Positions 60,671 through 64,000 of a stretch of 64,000 nucleotides of DNA are shown piece by piece. The position numbers were made by a program, and so were the translations under genes. This DNA comes from Callorhinchus milii (taxonomy: Eukaryota). A model generated the notes under the pieces. That model did no database searches, was not told the origin of the DNA, and saw nothing but the letters and a program-made list of their open reading frames with translations. How positions within the stretch are numbered: the stretch's first letter is position 1; every line of letters starts with the position of its first letter. Location: the NCBI RefSeq assembly GCF_018977255.1, contig NW_024704742.1:82896001-82960000 (forward strand), written 5' to 3'.

Positions 60671-63190
60671 TTCCATTTTGGTGCTGTAGAGACCATGCAA
60701 TATGGAATTCTAAGTAATTTGTGAGTGAGCCTAGACAGTGAGGGTCCAAGTTATTCAGCACTGGCAGCTTTCATATTGTGTTGTTAGACTTGCTGTTCAG
60801 AGATTTAAAACTGAGGTTCAGGTGAGCAAACATGCTGACTATCAGTAGTGGTAAGTTAACGATTTTGGTGTTTTAACAGTGGAATATGGAAAGTCCAGAC
60901 ATGATTCCCCTGTTCCTATGTGATGGCATCGCTCATTATAACAGACACACATTTATCCTGCTTTGGATGAGAGCTAATCTTGTAAGCACCAATATATGTG
61001 CTCCAGAAGAGTGCTGGGAGTCGGGGAGGGGAACTGCAATCACTTTAATTTTATGCTTTACACGTGTTTAAACTTGCCACAAAATCCAATTGAATTAAAT
61101 TTTTGCTGCTTTCTGCATTTTGTTAAATATGCTGAGCATGCACTTTCACAAAAGTAGTTTCTCCTCCTACAACATTGGGAGAGCAACATTTTCTTTTGCG
61201 CATTCCGTTTTTCCTCTGCCAGAAGCGCACCAATTTACCCCCAACGAATACTTGCATAAGAAAGCAAGCAACAAAAGCATGTTGTTTTGCCCGTCCAAAA
61301 CCTGTGTAGAGTTTACTCTGTTGTGAAGCTTCTTCTCTTGATTCCCCCCAAAATATCAAGTTAAACTCCACAGTGTCCATCCATCCCCACATCTGCACTC
61401 CTACAACTCATTTAATCTCCCTAAAAAGGTAACATTCTCTCCAAGCTTCCAGTATCCGACCCAAACATTGCATTTTATTTAGCATTGAATCATCTGAATC
61501 TATGCCAATCTCAATAACCTCAAGCTACAAAAAAAATCCAGAAAATGCTGGAAATGCACAGCAGGGTCAATCAGTAAGAGCAAAAGAGAGAAAGAAAGAA
61601 ACTCTAACTGTCTTTTTATATCAGTTTGACACATTGAAGTGTCTTCAATGCTTAACAGATAATTAGTGTCAAGTGTTGTGACTATTTCCATAGGCAAATG
61701 CAATGTAAATTTGTGCATATCCCATAAATGTCCAGAAAAAAAAATATATCTGGAGGACTTTTGACTAAGGCAATTGGGTTACTTCTCCTCTTATAGTACC
61801 ATGGGATCTTTAACATCCACCAGACCAGACAGATAGGGCCCTGGTTTAACTTGAGCTCTGAAATTGAGAGACAGGTCAATGTCCTGAAAAATTAGTGATG
61901 CTTCTTCAGATCCCCTGGTGAAGCATTTTCCTTGAAACTGGTTTTATTTCCAACACTGAATGCGTTGTTTCTATCTCATTCTATCCAGCTCCTTTGTGAA
62001 GAAGCTAGCTATAATAAGCATTATTTTGTTGAGGGGGGGTGGTGGGGGTGCTGGAAATAGGATGACGTGGACTGACTACAAACTAATCTATTTCTGTGAT
62101 TTGATCTGTTCGGTTAAAGACTAGAAACCAGCTCCAATCAGTAAGCCAGTTGTTCCCATTTTATAATATAACGCTGCAAGTGATTTGATTTCCTTTGAGG
62201 AGAATTGAATTGCACACACTGTATTTATGCCATGCTTTTAACGCAGTGATAAGTGTGGCATTAAAATGCAGTCTGTAACTCACAGAACCCTGAAGAAGCT
62301 CACAGACTCTTACAAGTGCCATTTGTGTATTTCTATTGCAGTTCTCATTCCACCTACCTCCTCGCTTTTAAGACCTATTTTTTTGACTGCGCTTTCGGTC
62401 ACCTTTACCCCTTTACCAAACCCCTCCAACTCAGACGCCCAGTCTGCCATGTGAAGTGCTCTGAGATGTCCTCCCGATGAGAAAGCCGCAATTTAAATGC
62501 AAATTGTTTTTGGCATTTATTCCGCCTAATGTGTGACAATACATGCTCACTTAGGTGTGTCGGTTTGCAGCCCATCTTCAAGCTGAACGTTTAATCACAG
62601 ATTAATGGCTCCATTCACACCTTTTTAACTGTAAATCCTCCAGTGGTTTGACACCTGAGTTCACTGCACAGTTACAGTGTAAATGTCAAACTCTTACACT
62701 ATCTTATGGTAAATGGACCACCTCTTTTTTTTAGAAAAAATCAGTTTGGATGATTCTTGATCTGGATTTTGTTTTCGTGAATACTGCTCTGATGTTTTCT
62801 TTGATGATTTTGTCACGCTGTGTTCAAGAGCTACCTTCTCCCAGATCTGCATAACACTGCACCCACGCTGGCAAACAGGTAGATTGTGATCATAGTAGCA
62901 AAACACAGTGATCAGAGAACTTCTCCACAATGACATTAATGCTGTGTCTCCCAATAACACGGATCACAGTGTCATTCTGGAGGTGCTGTCAGCTTGCTTC
63001 ACATAATAAGAATCCTTCAACTTGTTACAGCACTTATAACATGAAAACATCTCAAAGTGCTTTACAGTAATGACTATTAAGTGTAGTGACTGTGTATCTG
63101 TGGGTGAACACAACAGCCAATTTGGTCACAGCAATGGCCAGGACACTGGGAGAAATTCTCTGTTCAAACTGTGTCATGGGAATTTTAACT

Positions 63191-63428
63191 CCAGGTTGTT
63201 AGTCGATTGGCGGGGGGTAATAATCCCTTAAAAATAATAATAATAATAATAATTCGGTCACTCAATCCACGACTGTTTGTGGGACACTGCTGTGTGCAAA
63301 TGGCTGCCGCGTTTCGCCAACACAATATACGGTAAATTCACTTTTCAGTATATTCTGTGAAGCGCTTTGAGACGTCTCAAAGACATGATAAGGTACTATA
63401 TCAAATGCAAGGATTATTATATTATTAT
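63191..63428 (+). mobile_element. tRNA-derived SINE, long subfamily, 5'-truncated
   Basis: Matches 27430-27663. Confidence 0.9.
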
Positions 63429-64000
63429 CCAACTGAACAGACGGACAGCTCCTCTGACAATACAGCATGTGCCCTTCCCTCCCATCCCCTCACCCCCATG
63501 GAAACCAGGAGATGTTCCTGAATATCAGGCAAGGTAGCTCTCAGCCTTATTTCTGCTACCACTGTATTTCAATCCCTGGTGATAGAGGAATGAGCAAGAT
63601 GCAACCATTAGGCAAGCTTAGGGCTCTTCACATTTTGAAGTGCAAAACAATGTCACTCACATCTGGCTTTGGTTATGACGGCAGTCCACATCACGCTGCA
63701 TGTGTGTCAGACTGCCTTTAACTGTCACAGCACGCATAATGGATCGCAACGCTTCTAAATGAAATGAGCTTTGAACCCAGGAAAACTGGGCTAACCTGTT
63801 AGTCTCATTTTTGTGCTCGCGTGCTAAGACTTTGGATTTTGTTAATTTCCAAGTGTTGGTGCCATCCTAAAATAATCCTGTATTGGGATCAATACCTTCT
63901 TCCATAAGTATTTCATTGATCTAGCGTATTTCAGTATGACAGTAATTGTATCTGATTTTCATGTAACTGCTCTGATTTGCACAAATGAATGTTTGGCATT

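Larger units (their letters stand above)
6796..64000 (+). other. PTPRD: Large intron following the signal-peptide exon (continues beyond the window)
   Basis: GT donor at 6796. No exon encoding the expected Ig1 start (PPRF...GGVASFICQATG...WNKKGKK) was found by eye. Repeat-dense sequence. PTPRD is known for very long introns. Confidence 0.65.

Overview
This is vertebrate nuclear DNA, almost certainly from a cartilaginous fish. The SINE/L2/CR1 landscape looks like elephant shark (Callorhinchus milii), which is an inference. The only protein-coding sequence I can support is one 168-bp exon (6628-6795, + strand) carrying the start codon and signal peptide (M)LLPSCRT-MPTVRPLVVLLCFLLCADAE of a LAR-family receptor tyrosine phosphatase, most likely PTPRD. 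Everything else appears to be intron: 5'-UTR intron upstream and more than 57 kb downstream, with no Ig1 exon found. The introns are dense with a young tRNA-derived SINE family, older Deu-domain SINEs, L2 and CR1 LINE fragments (one 1.3-kb L2 reverse-transcriptase relic), an 18-bp minisatellite and low-complexity tracts. Nearly all listed ORFs are repeat-derived or chance. I see no convincing new multi-gene system. The most notable signals are a 3' stem-loop shared by L2 and several SINEs, about 60-bp stem-loop-only insertions, a nested 109-nt hairpin, a triplicated 31-bp motif-dense core, a 125-bp inverted duplication, and a dual-ATG exon flanked by a (TG)n tract. Repeat boundaries were read by eye and are approximate (roughly +/-20 bp). 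Human comparisons are from memory.
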